This document shows, one piece after another, positions 29,245-41,234 of a stretch of DNA of 64,000 nt (its first letter is position 1; each line of letters starts with the position of its first letter). The stretch is taken from the NCBI GenBank assembly GCA_963847705.1, contig CAWKBC010000014.1:64001-128000 (forward strand), read 5' to 3'. Position numbers and translations under genes: made by a program. The DNA is from an uncultured Pseudomonadota bacterium (GTDB lineage Bacteria > Myxococcota_A > Polyangia > Fen-1088). Below the pieces are notes generated by a model. The model was given only the letters and a program-made list of their open reading frames with translations, did not search any database and was not told the DNA's origin.

Positions 29245-30618
29245 TCAGTCGTTCCGACCCAGCGCCTTCAGGAGCTGGGCGCGCGCCGTATAGAGCTGGT
29301 ACTGCGCGGAGACCTTCTGCGCCGCGGTGGTGGTGAGAGCCACCTGCGCGTCGCCCAGCTCGATGATGCTGCCGACACCCGTCGCATAGCGCCCCTCGGC
29401 GAGTCGGAGCCGATCGCGCGTGTTGGCCAGCGCGTCCTCCGCCGCGGCGATCGCCCCTTTCGCCGACCGGATGCCGAGCCGGGCCTGCTCGACGTCCAGG
29501 CGCACCTGCTGCCGCTCGGTCTCGAGCTGCGCGCGCGCCTGCACCACCTGCCCCTGGGCTTGATGGATCTGCGCATCGATGGCCCCGCCTTGCAGCAACG
29601 GCACGCTCAAGGTCACCACGCCGCTGAAATTCCAGTTCGTGCGATCGAGGTAAGGGCCGCTGTCATTGGCGCTGCCGGCCAGGCCCAGATTGGGCCAGTA
29701 CATGTCATGCGCCGAGCGGAGCCCCAGCTCCTCACTCTGGAGGTTGAGTCGCAGGTTCGCCATCTCCGGGCGGCTCTGCTTGGCGGAGTCGATCAGCGCC
29801 TCCACCTGCGCGTCTTCGCCCTCCACGGGCGGCTGCTCCTCGTCCGACAGATCGTAGTCGACGGAGCGCTCCACCCCCATCGCCATGTTGAGCATCGCCT
29901 TGGCCACGGCGTAGTTGTTCTCCGCGTTGATGAGCTGCAGCTGCGCCGTCGCGCGGTCGGCCTTGGCCTGGGTCAGGTCGATCTCGGGATGCGTCCCGAC
30001 CTCCACGAACCCGGTCACCTGGGCCAGGTGTTTTTCCTGATTGGCCAGCGTGTCGCGCGCGACGCCGACCAGATCCTTGGCGGCGCGGGCGGTGAAAAAC
30101 GCGGAGCGTGCGTTGTAGGCCACCTGCGCCTCGGTGGTGTGCGTGCTCTCGTCGGCGGCGTCGGCGGCCACCCGCGCCGCCTTCCAGCGGTTGATCGTCT
30201 CGCCAAAGTCGTAAACGAGCTGGCTGGCGTTGAGTCCCGCGAACCACTGCGGAACGGTGGTCAGCGAGGAGGTCAGCGCCGGTGTGGTCCCGAGCGTCAT
30301 CCCGCCCGGCTGCGGAACGAAGTTGGTGGTGCCGCGCTTGTAGGACACCGTCCCGCTCACCTGCGGCAGCAGCGCACCGCGTGCCTGATCGGCGAGGCCG
30401 TGCGCGTTGATGGCGTTGCCGCGCGCCAGGTCGAGCGCCGGCTGATGCGCCCGCGCGGCGCGCAGCGCCTCGGCCAGCGTGACCACCGAAGCCCTGGCCA
30501 CGGTGTCCGGAGCAGATGCTGTCGCGTCCGAAGGATCGGCGGCGCGCGCAGCTCCAGCCAGGAGGAGGCCGCCGAGGGCAAGGAGGACCAGCGCGAGGAG
30601 AGCGGCGAATCGTTTCAT
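29245..30618 (-). CDS. TolC family outer-membrane efflux protein
   Basis: LLPQVS, QLVYDFG, RYATGVGSIIEL; last gene of the mac operon. Confidence 0.9.
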   Translation of the reverse strand: MKRFAALLALVLLALGGLLLAGAARAADPSDATASAPDTVARASVVTLAEALRAARAHQPALDLARGNAINAHGLADQARGALLPQVSGTVSYKRGTTNFVPQPGGMTLGTTPALTSSLTTVPQWFAGLNASQLVYDFGETINRWKAARVAADAADESTHTTEAQVAYNARSAFFTARAAKDLVGVARDTLANQEKHLAQVTGFVEVGTHPEIDLTQAKADRATAQLQLINAENNYAVAKAMLNMAMGVERSVDYDLSDEEQPPVEGEDAQVEALIDSAKQSRPEMANLRLNLQSEELGLRSAHDMYWPNLGLAGSANDSGPYLDRTNWNFSGVVTLSVPLLQGGAIDAQIHQAQGQVVQARAQLETERQQVRLDVEQARLGIRSAKGAIAAAEDALANTRDRLRLAEGRYATGVGSIIELGDAQVALTTTAAQKVSAQYQLYTARAQLLKALGRND

Positions 30619-30623
30619 GGTCG

Positions 30624-31846
<1,223 letters not shown>

Positions 31847-31850
<4 letters not shown>

Positions 31851-32593
31851 GAGGCCGCCTCGTGCGGGTCGTCTTCGCGCGCGGCGGCCAGATCCGCGGC
31901 CGCTTGCCGCGGCTCCTGTCGGGTGTCGGTGCGGACCCGACCGTCGCGCATCACCACCACCCGCGACGCGTAGGCGGCGACATCCGGCTCGTGGGTCACG
32001 AGGAGCACGGTGATCCCGGCGGCGGCCAGCTCCTGAAACAGCACCATGATCTCGACGGTGGTGCGGGAGTCGAGGTTGCCGGTCGGCTCGTCGGCCAGGA
32101 TGAGGCGCGGGCGGGTGACCAGCGCCCGCGCCACCGCCACGCGCTGCTGCTGGCCGCCCGACATCTCGTTGGAACGGTGGTGGACCCGCGCCGCCAGACC
32201 GACGCGGCCGAGCGCCTCCAGCGCCCGCTGGTGCCGCTCGCGCGCGGGGACGCCGCCGTAGATCAGCGGCAGCTCGACGTTCTCGAGCGCGCTGGTGCGC
32301 GACAGGAGGTTGAAGCTCTGAAAGACGAAGCCGAGGGTCTTGTTGCGGACGCCGGCCAGCGCCCGCCGGTCGAGCCGCGACACTTCATCACCGTCGAGCC
32401 GGTAGGCGCCGCTCGAGGGCCGATCGAGACAGCCGATGATGTTCATCAGGGTCGACTTCCCCGAGCCCGAGGAGCCCATGACCGCCACGAAGTCCCGCTC
32501 CTCGACGATGAGCGAGACCTCGCGCATCGCGTGCACCTCGACGTCGCCCATCCGGTAGACCTTCGAGACCTCGTCGAGCTCGATGAGGGCCAT
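31847..32593 (-). CDS. ABC transporter ATP-binding protein (MacB/LolD-like)
   Basis: [26 protein letters not shown]. Confidence 0.95.
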
Positions 32594-32595
32594 GG

Positions 32596-33954
32596 TCAGA
32601 AGAGCCGCCGCATCCCTGGGGGGCCCGCGGGCGCGGCAGCCTCGGGCTGGCTCTCGGTGGCCGCGGCATCGACGATGAGCGCGTCACCCTCGTGCAGATC
32701 GCCTTCGATGAGCTCGGTCAGGTTGCCGTCGGAGAGACCCACGCGCAGCGGGACGGTCTGCGGTTTTCCGTCGCGCAGCAGCCAGACCGCCCGACGATCG
32801 TTGGGCGCGTCGCCGCGCCCGCCCGGACGTCCCCGACCGCCGGCTGCGCCCGGCCCCCCAGCACCACCCGGCCGCGCCCCGGCTCCGCCGCGAACGCCGC
32901 CCTGACTGGCGCTGGCCTTGCTGCGGTCCGCCGCGTCGCGGACGGCCGAAGGAACGGGCATCCCCAGCGCCGTGAAGATCTCCGGGGTGGGCCGGAAGCG
33001 CATGGCCGCGTTCGGCACCCGCAACACGTTGTCTTTCTCCGCCGCGATGAAGGTGATGTTGGCGGTCATCCCCGGACGCAGCTTGAGGTCGGGGTTGGCG
33101 ACGTCGATGACCGCGTCGTAGGTGACCACGTTCTGCAGCGTCGTCGGCGCGTTGCGGATCTGCCGGACCTTGCCGCGAAAATGCTCCCCGGTGAAGGCGT
33201 CGACCGTGAAGCTGGCCGACATTCCGGTCGACAGCTTGCCCACGTCGGCCTCGGCGACCGAGGTGTCGACCTGCATCTCGCGGAGATCCTGGGCGATCAC
33301 GAACAGCGTGGGCGCGGAGAGCGAGGCCGCCACCGTCTGCCCCACGTCGACGCTGCGCGAGATCACCGTCCCGTCGGTCGGCGAAACGATCCGCGTCATG
33401 TCCAGGTTCACCTTGGCCTGGTAGAGCGCCGCCTTGGCCTGCGCCAGCGAGCCACGCGCCGCCGCCGTCTGCCCCTTCATCACCTCCTGATTGGCCTGCG
33501 AGGTGTCGTAGTCGGCCTGCGCGATGAGCTTCCGTTCCAGCAAGCTCTTCGAACGCTCGAACTGCCGTCCGGCGTCGCGCTCCTGCGCCTCGGCCTTGAC
33601 CAGGTTCCCCTCGGCCGCCTCGTAGTTGGCCTGCGCCTGCTGCAGCGACGCCTCGAACAGCTGCGGGTCGATCTTGGCGATGAGCTGCCCCTTCTTCACG
33701 GGCGAGTTCCAGTCGACGTACAGCTTCTGCACCGTCCCCGAGACCTGCGTGCCGACCTGGACCGTCACCAGCGCCGACAGCGTCCCCGTCGCGGTCACCC
33801 GCGCCACGATCCGCCCGCGGTCGACCGCCGCGGTGTCGAACTCGACCGGCGGCTTCTTGTGGGCCGCGCGCCAGCGCCAGACGCCGAAACCGGCCAGCAA
33901 CAGCACAACCAGCGCCGCGAGGGACGTCGCCAGCAAGCGACGCGTGTTCGTCAT
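32596..33954 (-). CDS. MacA-type periplasmic adaptor subunit
   Basis: VQVGTQVSG, SPTDGTVISR, GQTVAASL, LRPGMTA. Confidence 0.92.
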   Translation of the reverse strand: MTNTRRLLATSLAALVVLLLAGFGVWRWRAAHKKPPVEFDTAAVDRGRIVARVTATGTLSALVTVQVGTQVSGTVQKLYVDWNSPVKKGQLIAKIDPQLFEASLQQAQANYEAAEGNLVKAEAQERDAGRQFERSKSLLERKLIAQADYDTSQANQEVMKGQTAAARGSLAQAKAALYQAKVNLDMTRIVSPTDGTVISRSVDVGQTVAASLSAPTLFVIAQDLREMQVDTSVAEADVGKLSTGMSASFTVDAFTGEHFRGKVRQIRNAPTTLQNVVTYDAVIDVANPDLKLRPGMTANITFIAAEKDNVLRVPNAAMRFRPTPEIFTALGMPVPSAVRDAADRSKASASQGGVRGGAGARPGGAGGPGAAGGRGRPGGRGDAPNDRRAVWLLRDGKPQTVPLRVGLSDGNLTELIEGDLHEGDALIVDAAATESQPEAAAPAGPPGMRRLF

Positions 33955-34103
33955 CGAAGAAAGGAACCCCACTGGGCCCAAAGATTAGATCGTTTCCCCA
34001 TTTTTGCTCCCTGGCGCCTCCTGGCGCCGGTTCTCGGGTTGCCGGTTCTGGGGAACGCGGCTCGATTGTTGCGCATTCCGCGCCGCGCCCAGATCATCTG
34101 AGC

Positions 34104-34721
34104 GTGCCCCAGAGCTCGACGCGACCGTCGTTTCTGTTCGCCCCGGGCGCCGGGGCGCCGGCCTCCTCCGCCTGGATGCGCGCCTGGCGCGAGCGTCTGT
34201 GGTCGGTCGGCGCCGAGGTCCGGACGTTCGACTACCCGTACATGCGCGGCGCTCAGCGGCGCGCGCCCGATCGCCTCCCGGTGCTGATCGAGGCGCATCG
34301 GGCCGAGCTGGCCGCGCTGCGCGCCAGCGCCGGCGGCCCGATCTTTCTGATCGGCAAATCGATGGGTGGCCGGATCGGCTGCCACGTCGCGCTGGAGGAG
34401 CGCGTGGCTGGCCTCATCTGCCTCGGTTATCCGCTCAGGTCGGGGGCGACGGGCGCGCTCCGAGATCAAGTGCTGCGCGCGCTCCGGACGCCCGTCCTCT
34501 TCGTGCAGGGGACGCGCGATCCTCTCTGTCCGCTCGACCTGCTGGCGGAGGTCCGTGCCGGCATGAAGGCCCCCAGCACGCTGCTGGTCGTCGAAGGAGG
34601 CGACCATTCGCTGGCGGTCTCGGCCGCGACGCGCAAGGAGCGGGGAGAGACCCAGGCCGACTCCGATGCCCGCGTCCTGGAGGCGATCCGCAGCTTCTGC
34701 CTTACGGCCAGAGCGCCCTGA
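34104..34721 (+). CDS. Alpha/beta hydrolase (KANL3/Tex30-like)
   Basis: GKSMGG nucleophile elbow, QGTRD, GGDH. Confidence 0.85.
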   Translation: MPQSSTRPSFLFAPGAGAPASSAWMRAWRERLWSVGAEVRTFDYPYMRGAQRRAPDRLPVLIEAHRAELAALRASAGGPIFLIGKSMGGRIGCHVALEERVAGLICLGYPLRSGATGALRDQVLRALRTPVLFVQGTRDPLCPLDLLAEVRAGMKAPSTLLVVEGGDHSLAVSAATRKERGETQADSDARVLEAIRSFCLTARAP

Positions 34722-35697
34722 GCGCGCCGAGGTCGAAGTGACTCGCCCACTCCTTGGCCGCGCGCGCCATGATCACCGCCTGATCGCGGCGCCTGATGGA
34801 CGGGCGGTGCGCGAAGACGTCGTAGTCAGCCGCTTCGATCTTGTCGAGGATGGTGGTGCCCACCAGCCAGATGAGCGTCAGCTCCATCCGCAGGTCCTTG
34901 CCCAGCTTCTCGAGCAGTGGGCGGCCCCGCTCGTACAGCCCACGCGTACGTGTCACCTGGAAGCGCAGCAGATCGCGCAGCGCCGGCGTCATCTTGAGCG
35001 CCTTCAGCTCGGCCTCGCTGACGCCGAAGTGGTGCAGGTCCTCGGCGGGGATGTAGATGTGGTCGCGCGCGGCGTCGGCGGCGACGTCCTGCCAGAAGTT
35101 GGTGAGCTGCAGCGCCGTCGACATCTCGTCGGCGAAGCGAACCAGCGCCGGATCGCGGTAACCGAAGAGCGCCAGCAGCAAGCGCCCCACCGGGTCGGCC
35201 GAGCGGACGGTGTAGCCGCGCAGCGCCTGGAAGGTGGCGTAGCGGCGCACCTCCATGTCCATCCGGAAGGCGGTCAGCATGTCGTCGAGGGGCGGGATCG
35301 ACAGATCGCGCTTCTCGATCGTGTCGCAGAGCGCGACGAAAACCGGGTGGTCGGCCTCGCCGTGCGAGCAGCGGTGGAGAGCCTCCTCCCAGCGATCGAG
35401 CGCCTCGGTCCGCCGCCCCTCGTACTCGGGCTCGTCGGCAAAGTCGTCGGCGCTGCGCGCGAAGGCATAAAGCGCGGTCAGGTGCGGCCGCAGCTCCGGC
35501 GGCACGAAGCGCGACGCCACCGGGTAGCTCTCGGTGTGGGCGCGGACGAACTCCTCGCAATAGGCGTAGGAGCGCTCGACGGTCCAGGGACCGGGCGGGG
35601 GATCGAGCCATCGGATCGGCGGCTTCGTCACCGCCGCCAGCGACGGGGTTCCGCCCGCCTCAGTCTCGCGCCCACCCCGCAGGATCTGCCGGATCAT
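34702..35697 (-). CDS. hpnC: Squalene/phytoene synthase, HpnC-like
   Basis: HTESYPVAS, YAFARSADDFADE, ALQLTNFWQD. Confidence 0.8.
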   Translation of the reverse strand: MIRQILRGGRETEAGGTPSLAAVTKPPIRWLDPPPGPWTVERSYAYCEEFVRAHTESYPVASRFVPPELRPHLTALYAFARSADDFADEPEYEGRRTEALDRWEEALHRCSHGEADHPVFVALCDTIEKRDLSIPPLDDMLTAFRMDMEVRRYATFQALRGYTVRSADPVGRLLLALFGYRDPALVRFADEMSTALQLTNFWQDVAADAARDHIYIPAEDLHHFGVSEAELKALKMTPALRDLLRFQVTRTRGLYERGRPLLEKLGKDLRMELTLIWLVGTTILDKIEAADYDVFAHRPSIRRRDQAVIMARAAKEWASHFDLGALRALWP

Positions 35698-36971
35698 GAC
35701 CGATCTCCTACCACGGGGTGGCCGGCGGGGCTGGTGGCCCGGCGGTGAAGCGCCATGTGGCCGCGCTGGATCCCTTCACCGGCGAGCGCCCGCAGCGCGG
35801 CCAGGTTGGAGGCCAGGCCCGCGCAGGCGACGATCATCCCCAGCGTGGAGGCGTCGGCGGCGCCGAGCAGCTTCTGCGCCAGGCGCGCGCCGGCGTGCGC
35901 CTGCAGCGTGCCGCCCACGGTGCCGAGCGCCATCGGCATCTCCAGCGCCCCGACCAGATCGCCCTCCTCCGCGCGCCAGGTGGCGAGCGGCCGGTAACGT
36001 CCGCTGGTGGCTGCGAAGGCGTGGGCCCCCGCCTCGACGCCGCGCCAGTCGTTCCCGGTGGCGATCACCACGGCGTCGACGCCGTTCATGATCCCCTTGT
36101 TGTGGGTGGCGGCGCGGTAGGGATCGTCCTCGGCGAAGAGCGAGGCAGCGACGATGCCGTCGCGCACGGCGGCGCCGTCGAGCTCGGCCGTCCCCAGCGC
36201 GCTCTCCGGGACGCGCGCCTTCACCCGCACACAGCGGCGATCGCAGAGGTTGGTGAGGATGCGCAGCCCGGAGCGCCCGCCGGCCAGCTCGGCCACCCGC
36301 GCGGCCAGCGCCTCGGCGACGGTGTTCACCATGTTGGCGCCCATCGCGTTCCGGCAGTCGACATGGACGTGGACCACCACGCGGCGCGGATGCGCGCGCA
36401 CCTCGATCTCACGCGCGCCGCCGCCGCGATCGACCAGCCGCGGCAGCGTGGCGTGGGCCAGGTCGATGAGCTCGCCGGCCGCCGCCTCGAGCCGCGCCAC
36501 CGAGGCCTCCGGATCGGCGATGTCGACGATCTCGATCTGCGCGGTCATGACCGGATCGTCCGCCTCGGCGACGAACCCGCCCCCTTCGCGCACCATCCGG
36601 GCTGCGTTCGAGGCGGCGGCGATCACCGAGGGCTCTTCCACGGCCATCGGCACCAGCACGTCGCGTCCGTTGACGCGGAAGTTGAGCCCCAGCCCGAGCG
36701 GCAGCGCGTAGACGCCGACCACGTTCTCGACGATCCGGTCCGCGGCCGCGGTGTCGAGCCCGCCGCCGTCGAGCGTCTCCAGGTCCTGCTCGGTCAGGTC
36801 GGCCCGGTGGCGCAACAGGTCCCGCCGCTCCTCGACCGAGAGCTTGTAGAAGCCCGGGAGGCGGGAGCTCGTGTGCGAGCCATTCTGCGAGCCATGGCCC
36901 GGACCGTTGTCCGAGCCCGCTCCGGAGTTACTGTTCGATCCGCTGTTCCCGCTGTTCCCGCTGTTCGGCAT
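35694..36971 (-). CDS. mvaA: Class II HMG-CoA reductase
   Basis: ENVVG, EEPSVIAAAS, NAMGAN, HNKGIMNG, GNDWRG, GIQRGHM; start 36971 or 37004. Confidence 0.92.
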   Translation of the reverse strand: MPNSGNSGNSGSNSNSGAGSDNGPGHGSQNGSHTSSRLPGFYKLSVEERRDLLRHRADLTEQDLETLDGGGLDTAAADRIVENVVGVYALPLGLGLNFRVNGRDVLVPMAVEEPSVIAAASNAARMVREGGGFVAEADDPVMTAQIEIVDIADPEASVARLEAAAGELIDLAHATLPRLVDRGGGAREIEVRAHPRRVVVHVHVDCRNAMGANMVNTVAEALAARVAELAGGRSGLRILTNLCDRRCVRVKARVPESALGTAELDGAAVRDGIVAASLFAEDDPYRAATHNKGIMNGVDAVVIATGNDWRGVEAGAHAFAATSGRYRPLATWRAEEGDLVGALEMPMALGTVGGTLQAHAGARLAQKLLGAADASTLGMIVACAGLASNLAALRALAGEGIQRGHMALHRRATSPAGHPVVGDRS

Positions 36972-37015
36972 TGGGTCTTTCTGGTCTTTCCAATTCACCT
37001 GCAACTGGCCTGCAA

Positions 37016-38039
37016 CTAATCCTGGCGCCCGAGGCCCCGCGCGCCGGTGATGATACTAAGAATCCGCAGATTGAGCGGCGCCACCCGTGCCCGGAAGGCC
37101 GCCGCCGAGTCTGGATCGGAAAAGAAGGCGACACCGACGTCACCGCCGCCCGCGCCGGAGGGCTTCGCCGCCCCCCCGAGCTCGTGGGCCAGCGCGGCCG
37201 CAGCGTCCACCGCCGGCGTGACAATCGGGAGATCGGCGTCGCGGCCGAGCGCCGCCAGGGCTTCGTGGGCGGCGCCGACCGCCTGAAGCACCACCCGGAC
37301 GTCAGCCGCTTCGTAGCCCAGCAGAAACGCATCGGCGGCCCGCCGGATCTCACGCAGGCGACGCGCGTGCGCCCCGGGATCGCGCGCGGCCAGCCGCTCG
37401 ACGGCGGTGACATGACCGACGGTCGCGCTCGGAATGCCGGTCGACACGACCACCGGCACGAGCTGGGCCGGCGGGACCAGCGCGCGCATGCTGGGGGCGC
37501 CGACCTCCGGCCGGGTGTAGGCGAGGACGCCGCCCATGACCGCAGCGGCGACGTCGGCGCCCGAGCCGCGCCCCCCTTGCGCGGCACGGTGGGCGCGCTC
37601 GGCCAGCAGGAAGGTGAGCGCCTTCTCTGCCGCGACGTCGAAACCGGCGGCCTCGAGCAGGACCCCCACGGCGGCGGCGGCCACGGCCGCGCTCGAGCCC
37701 AGCCCGAGCTTCTGTCCCCCGTCCGACAACGACGCGCTGTCGAATCTCGGGGGCCCCCTCCGGCAGCGAGGCGCCCGTCGAAGCGCAGTGGGCCCGGACG
37801 GCGGCGATCGCCTCGGCCACGACCGGCGTCGACGGCGCGGCGCCCGGAACGAAGCGCGCCACCACCCGGCGATCGACCGCCACCACGACGGCCGTCCCGC
37901 CGTGCAGCACGCCGTACTCGCCGGCGAAGAACAGCTTGCCCGGAGCGGTGAGCAGCGTGTTCGGGGACCCTAGGAGGGTCCCCGAGCCCCCCCGCGATGG
38001 ACTCTCCCGGGCAGAGCCCGGCTCCGTCCGCGCGCTCAC
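37016..38039 (-). pseudogene. Phosphomevalonate kinase (GHMP), apparent 1-base frameshift near 37743 (possibly a sequencing error)
   Basis: TAPGKLFFAGEYGVL in one frame; KLGLGSSAA and KPSGAGGGD in another; GTGA overlap with the mvaD stop. Confidence 0.8.
37961..38034 (-). repeat. Family-1 structured element inside the 5' end of the phosphomevalonate kinase gene
   Basis: Reverse strand cgcgcggacggagccgggctctgcccgggagagtccatcgcgggggggctcggggaccctcctagggtccccga aligns with the 4041 and 7226 copies. Confidence 0.75.
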
Positions 38040-39044
38040 GCGGCCTCCTCGAGGCGCGCGCCCGGCCCCGGCGCCGCGATCAACGTCCGCAACACGCCCG
38101 GCGTCTCCGCCAGCGCGGCCGCGACCGCCTCGGCCTCGCGCGCGTCGCACAGGACCTTGACGTGCGGGCCGGCGTCGATGGTGAAGAAGGCGGACGCCCC
38201 TTCGTCGCGCAGCGCGCGCACGCGCGACATCGCCGCGACGGTCGCAGGGTTCCAGTAGAGAATCGGCGGATCGGCGGCCATGGCGCTGGCGTGCATGCGC
38301 ATCGCGCTCCGCTCGGCGACCGCGCCCAGCGCCGCCAGGTCCCGCCCGGCGATCGCGGCGCGTGCGGCGGCCAGATCGCCGTCGACGCCGCGCACCCACG
38401 CCTCGTAGTAGGGCGAGGTCTCGGCGGTGCGGCGCATGGCGGCGGTCGAGCCGAGCGCCTTCTCGCCCGCCGTCGGTGATCGCCACGACCAGCCGGACAT
38501 TCCAGCCGCCGGCGGCCTCCCACCCCGCGCCGGCCTCCAGCGGATGCGCCGCCGCGTCGGTGCCGTCGGCGCGGGCGCCGCGCGCCATCTCGACGAAGCC
38601 ACCGAAGATGGAACGCGCCGCCGAACCCGAGCCGAGGCGCGCCAGCACCGACAGCTCGGTCGGCGCCAGCGCCAGCCCCGCGGCGCCGGTCGCCGCGACC
38701 GCCAGGGCGGCGAACCCCGAGGCCGACGAGGCCAGCCCCGAGGCGGTCGGCACGCTGTTGTCGGTCACCACGGTCGCGCGCGCGGCGATCCCCGCCCGCG
38801 CGCGCACGCGATCGAGAAACGTCGTCACGCGCGCAGCCACCTTTTCGGAGGCGGTGGCGCCATCGAGCGTGATCCGATCGCGCCTGCCGTCGCCGCCGTC
38901 GAAGGCGACGCGCGTCCGCGTCCCGAGGCGATCGAGCGTCAGCGACAGGCTGCCGGTGGCCGGCAGGTTGAGCGCCTCGTCGCGCTTGCCCCAGTACTTG
39001 ACGAGCGCGATGTTGGTGCCGGCCACGGCGGTGGCGCCCGTCAT
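38036..39044 (-). pseudogene. mvaD: Diphosphomevalonate decarboxylase, apparent 1-base frameshift near 38467 (possibly a sequencing error)
   Basis: NIALVKYWGK, GLASSASG, RLGSGSAARS in one frame; KALGSTAAM and FTIDAGPHVKV in the next. Confidence 0.85.
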
Positions 39045-40048
39045 CGCGGCGCTCCCCCGATCGCCGCCGCGGGAGCAGTGGCGGAAGTCGCGACGATGTC
39101 GGCCAGAAATCCCTCGAAGCCGGCGGCGCGCCAGCGGGCCAGGACGTCCCGGGTGTGCCCGGGCGCCAGCGCGATCACCGCGCCGCCGCCCCCTGCGCCC
39201 GTCAGCTTGGCGCCCACCGCACCGGCCGCGCGCGCGCCGTGCACCAGCGTGTCGAGCTCGGGCGACGACAGCCGCAACGCCGCCAGCAGGCCATGCGAGG
39301 CGTCCATGATCCGCCCGAGGCCATCGACGTCGCCCTTGGCCAGCGCGGCACCGGCGTCGTCGGCCAACCGCCCCAGCAGAGCGAGCACCTCGCCCGCCGC
39401 CGGCAGCCGATCGCGCAGCCGCCCCACGGCGGCGACCTGCGCAGCGGTGTCGCGCGGCCGCCCGGAGAGGCCGACGCAGATGGTGATCTTTTGCAACACG
39501 GGCACGGGCTGCCAGCCAGTGGCACGGGTGAACCTCCCGGTGACGCCGCTCTTGGCGGCGGCCGCGTCGATCCCCGAGGGGCTGCCGTGGAAGACCTCCT
39601 CGGCGGCCATGACCGCGGCGTCGACGGCGTCCGTCGCCTCGGCGCGACCGACGGCCGCGGCCGCCGCGCGCGCGATCGCCACCGACAGCGCCGCCGAGCT
39701 CCCCAGCCCGGCGCGCGACGGGATCCGGGCGTCGGCCACGAAGTCGAGCCCTGGCGCTTCGATCCGCCGGACGATCGCTTCGAGCGCGTGCCCGACCGGG
39801 GTGCCATCGCCGGCGGACGCCTCGAGGTTCCAGGCGGGCACGCGCAGCCGAGGCGAACCGGGCGTTCGCCCGATGCGCGCCTCGACGGCGATCCCGGTCG
39901 AGATCCCCGCCGCCAGCGCCGCGTGGCCGTGCACGACCGCGTGCTCACCGACCAGGATCACCTTACCGTGGCCGAAGCCGCGACCGAGCGGCGCATCCGC
40001 CCCAGGCTCGATTGTGGCCCCGGTCGCGCCGTCGGCGTCGGAGCTCAT
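39041..40048 (-). CDS. mvk: Mevalonate kinase
   Basis: [43 protein letters not shown]. Confidence 0.92.
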   Translation of the reverse strand: MSSDADGATGATIEPGADAPLGRGFGHGKVILVGEHAVVHGHAALAAGISTGIAVEARIGRTPGSPRLRVPAWNLEASAGDGTPVGHALEAIVRRIEAPGLDFVADARIPSRAGLGSSAALSVAIARAAAAAVGRAEATDAVDAAVMAAEEVFHGSPSGIDAAAAKSGVTGRFTRATGWQPVPVLQKITICVGLSGRPRDTAAQVAAVGRLRDRLPAAGEVLALLGRLADDAGAALAKGDVDGLGRIMDASHGLLAALRLSSPELDTLVHGARAAGAVGAKLTGAGGGGAVIALAPGHTRDVLARWRAAGFEGFLADIVATSATAPAAAIGGAPR

Positions 40049-41112
40049 CGCGGCCTCTGCGCCAACCAGGCGGCGAGCTCCCCGGTGATCACGCGCGGGG
40101 CCGACGCGAGGTCGCTCGCCTTCGCCACGCCCGTCAGCAGCACCGCCGCGCGCAGCCCGTCGATCACCTGTTGCAGATAGGCCTCGCCGCCGGCGCGCCC
40201 GCCCTCCTGAACCGCGCGCAGGGCCGGCTGCGCCAGGCCGCCCGCGCGCGCGCCGAGCGCCAGCGCCCGCGCCAGGTCGAGCCCGTTGCGGATTCCCCCC
40301 GAGGCAATGATGTCCACGCCCGCGGCCGGCAAGCCCTCGTCCGCCAGCCAGGCGACGGCCGCCGCCGTCGGAATGCCCCAGTCCCACAGCTCCTGCCCGC
40401 GCGTCTTCTCGGCGCCGACCGCGCGATGAGACTCGACGGCGGTCCACGAGGTCCCGCCCCCGCCCGACACGTCGATGGCGCGCACGCCGGCCGCCACGAG
40501 CCGTCGGGCCACCGCGGGCGAGATCCCGCAGCCGGTCTCCTTCACCATCACCGGCCGCCCCAGCTCCGCGACGACGCGCGCGATGGCGTCGAGCGCGCCG
40601 CGGAAGTCGCGGTCGCCCCCCGGCTGCGCCATCTCCTGCGCCGGGTTCAGGTGAATGCAGAGCGCGTCGGCCTCGACCCGCGCCACCACCTCGCGCACCG
40701 CCGCGGTGGGCAGCGCCGCCAGCTGCACGGCGCCGAAGTTGGCGAACAGATAGACCTCGGGCGCCGCGCGGCGCACCTCGTAGGTCGACGCCAGCTCGGG
40801 ATGGACCAGCATCGCCCGCTGGCTGCCGAGGCCAAACGGGATCCCCAGCGCGGCGGCTGCCGCGGCCAGCGCCCGGTTGATCTCGCCGGCCTCGGGCGTG
40901 CCGCCGGTCATCCCGGTCACCATCAACGGCGCGCGGATCGCCCGTCCCAGCAGCGTCGTCCCGAGATCGATGTCGGCCGTCTCCCGCTCCGGCAGCGCGC
41001 AATGCAAGAGCCGCACGTCCTCGAACAAGGTCGGCCGGTGGAAGTCGGCCGCCCCCGACGCCGCGATGGTCAGATGCTCGGCCTTGCGCTGACTGATACC
41101 GCCGTCCGCCAT
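40045..41112 (-). CDS. fni: Type 2 isopentenyl-diphosphate isomerase
   Basis: RKAEH, GMTGG, GSQR, HLNPAQE, VKETGCG, GGGGTSW, ASGGIR. Confidence 0.95.
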   Translation of the reverse strand: MADGGISQRKAEHLTIAASGAADFHRPTLFEDVRLLHCALPERETADIDLGTTLLGRAIRAPLMVTGMTGGTPEAGEINRALAAAAAALGIPFGLGSQRAMLVHPELASTYEVRRAAPEVYLFANFGAVQLAALPTAAVREVVARVEADALCIHLNPAQEMAQPGGDRDFRGALDAIARVVAELGRPVMVKETGCGISPAVARRLVAAGVRAIDVSGGGGTSWTAVESHRAVGAEKTRGQELWDWGIPTAAAVAWLADEGLPAAGVDIIASGGIRNGLDLARALALGARAGGLAQPALRAVQEGGRAGGEAYLQQVIDGLRAAVLLTGVAKASDLASAPRVITGELAAWLAQRPR

Positions 41113-41234
41113 GCCAGCCCGGTATAGAGCGTCACCCGTGGGCCCGGCAAGGGCTCGTTAACGCATTTCAAACTATATTGAACGCAGCGCGCGAGGGACC
41201 GGGAACCTCGAGGGCGAAGCGCTGTCCTATCCCC

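Noticed and set aside
37350-39044. 564-aa MvaD-kinase fusion ORF
   Set aside because: The middle and end are out-of-frame Arg-rich sequence produced by the two frameshifts.
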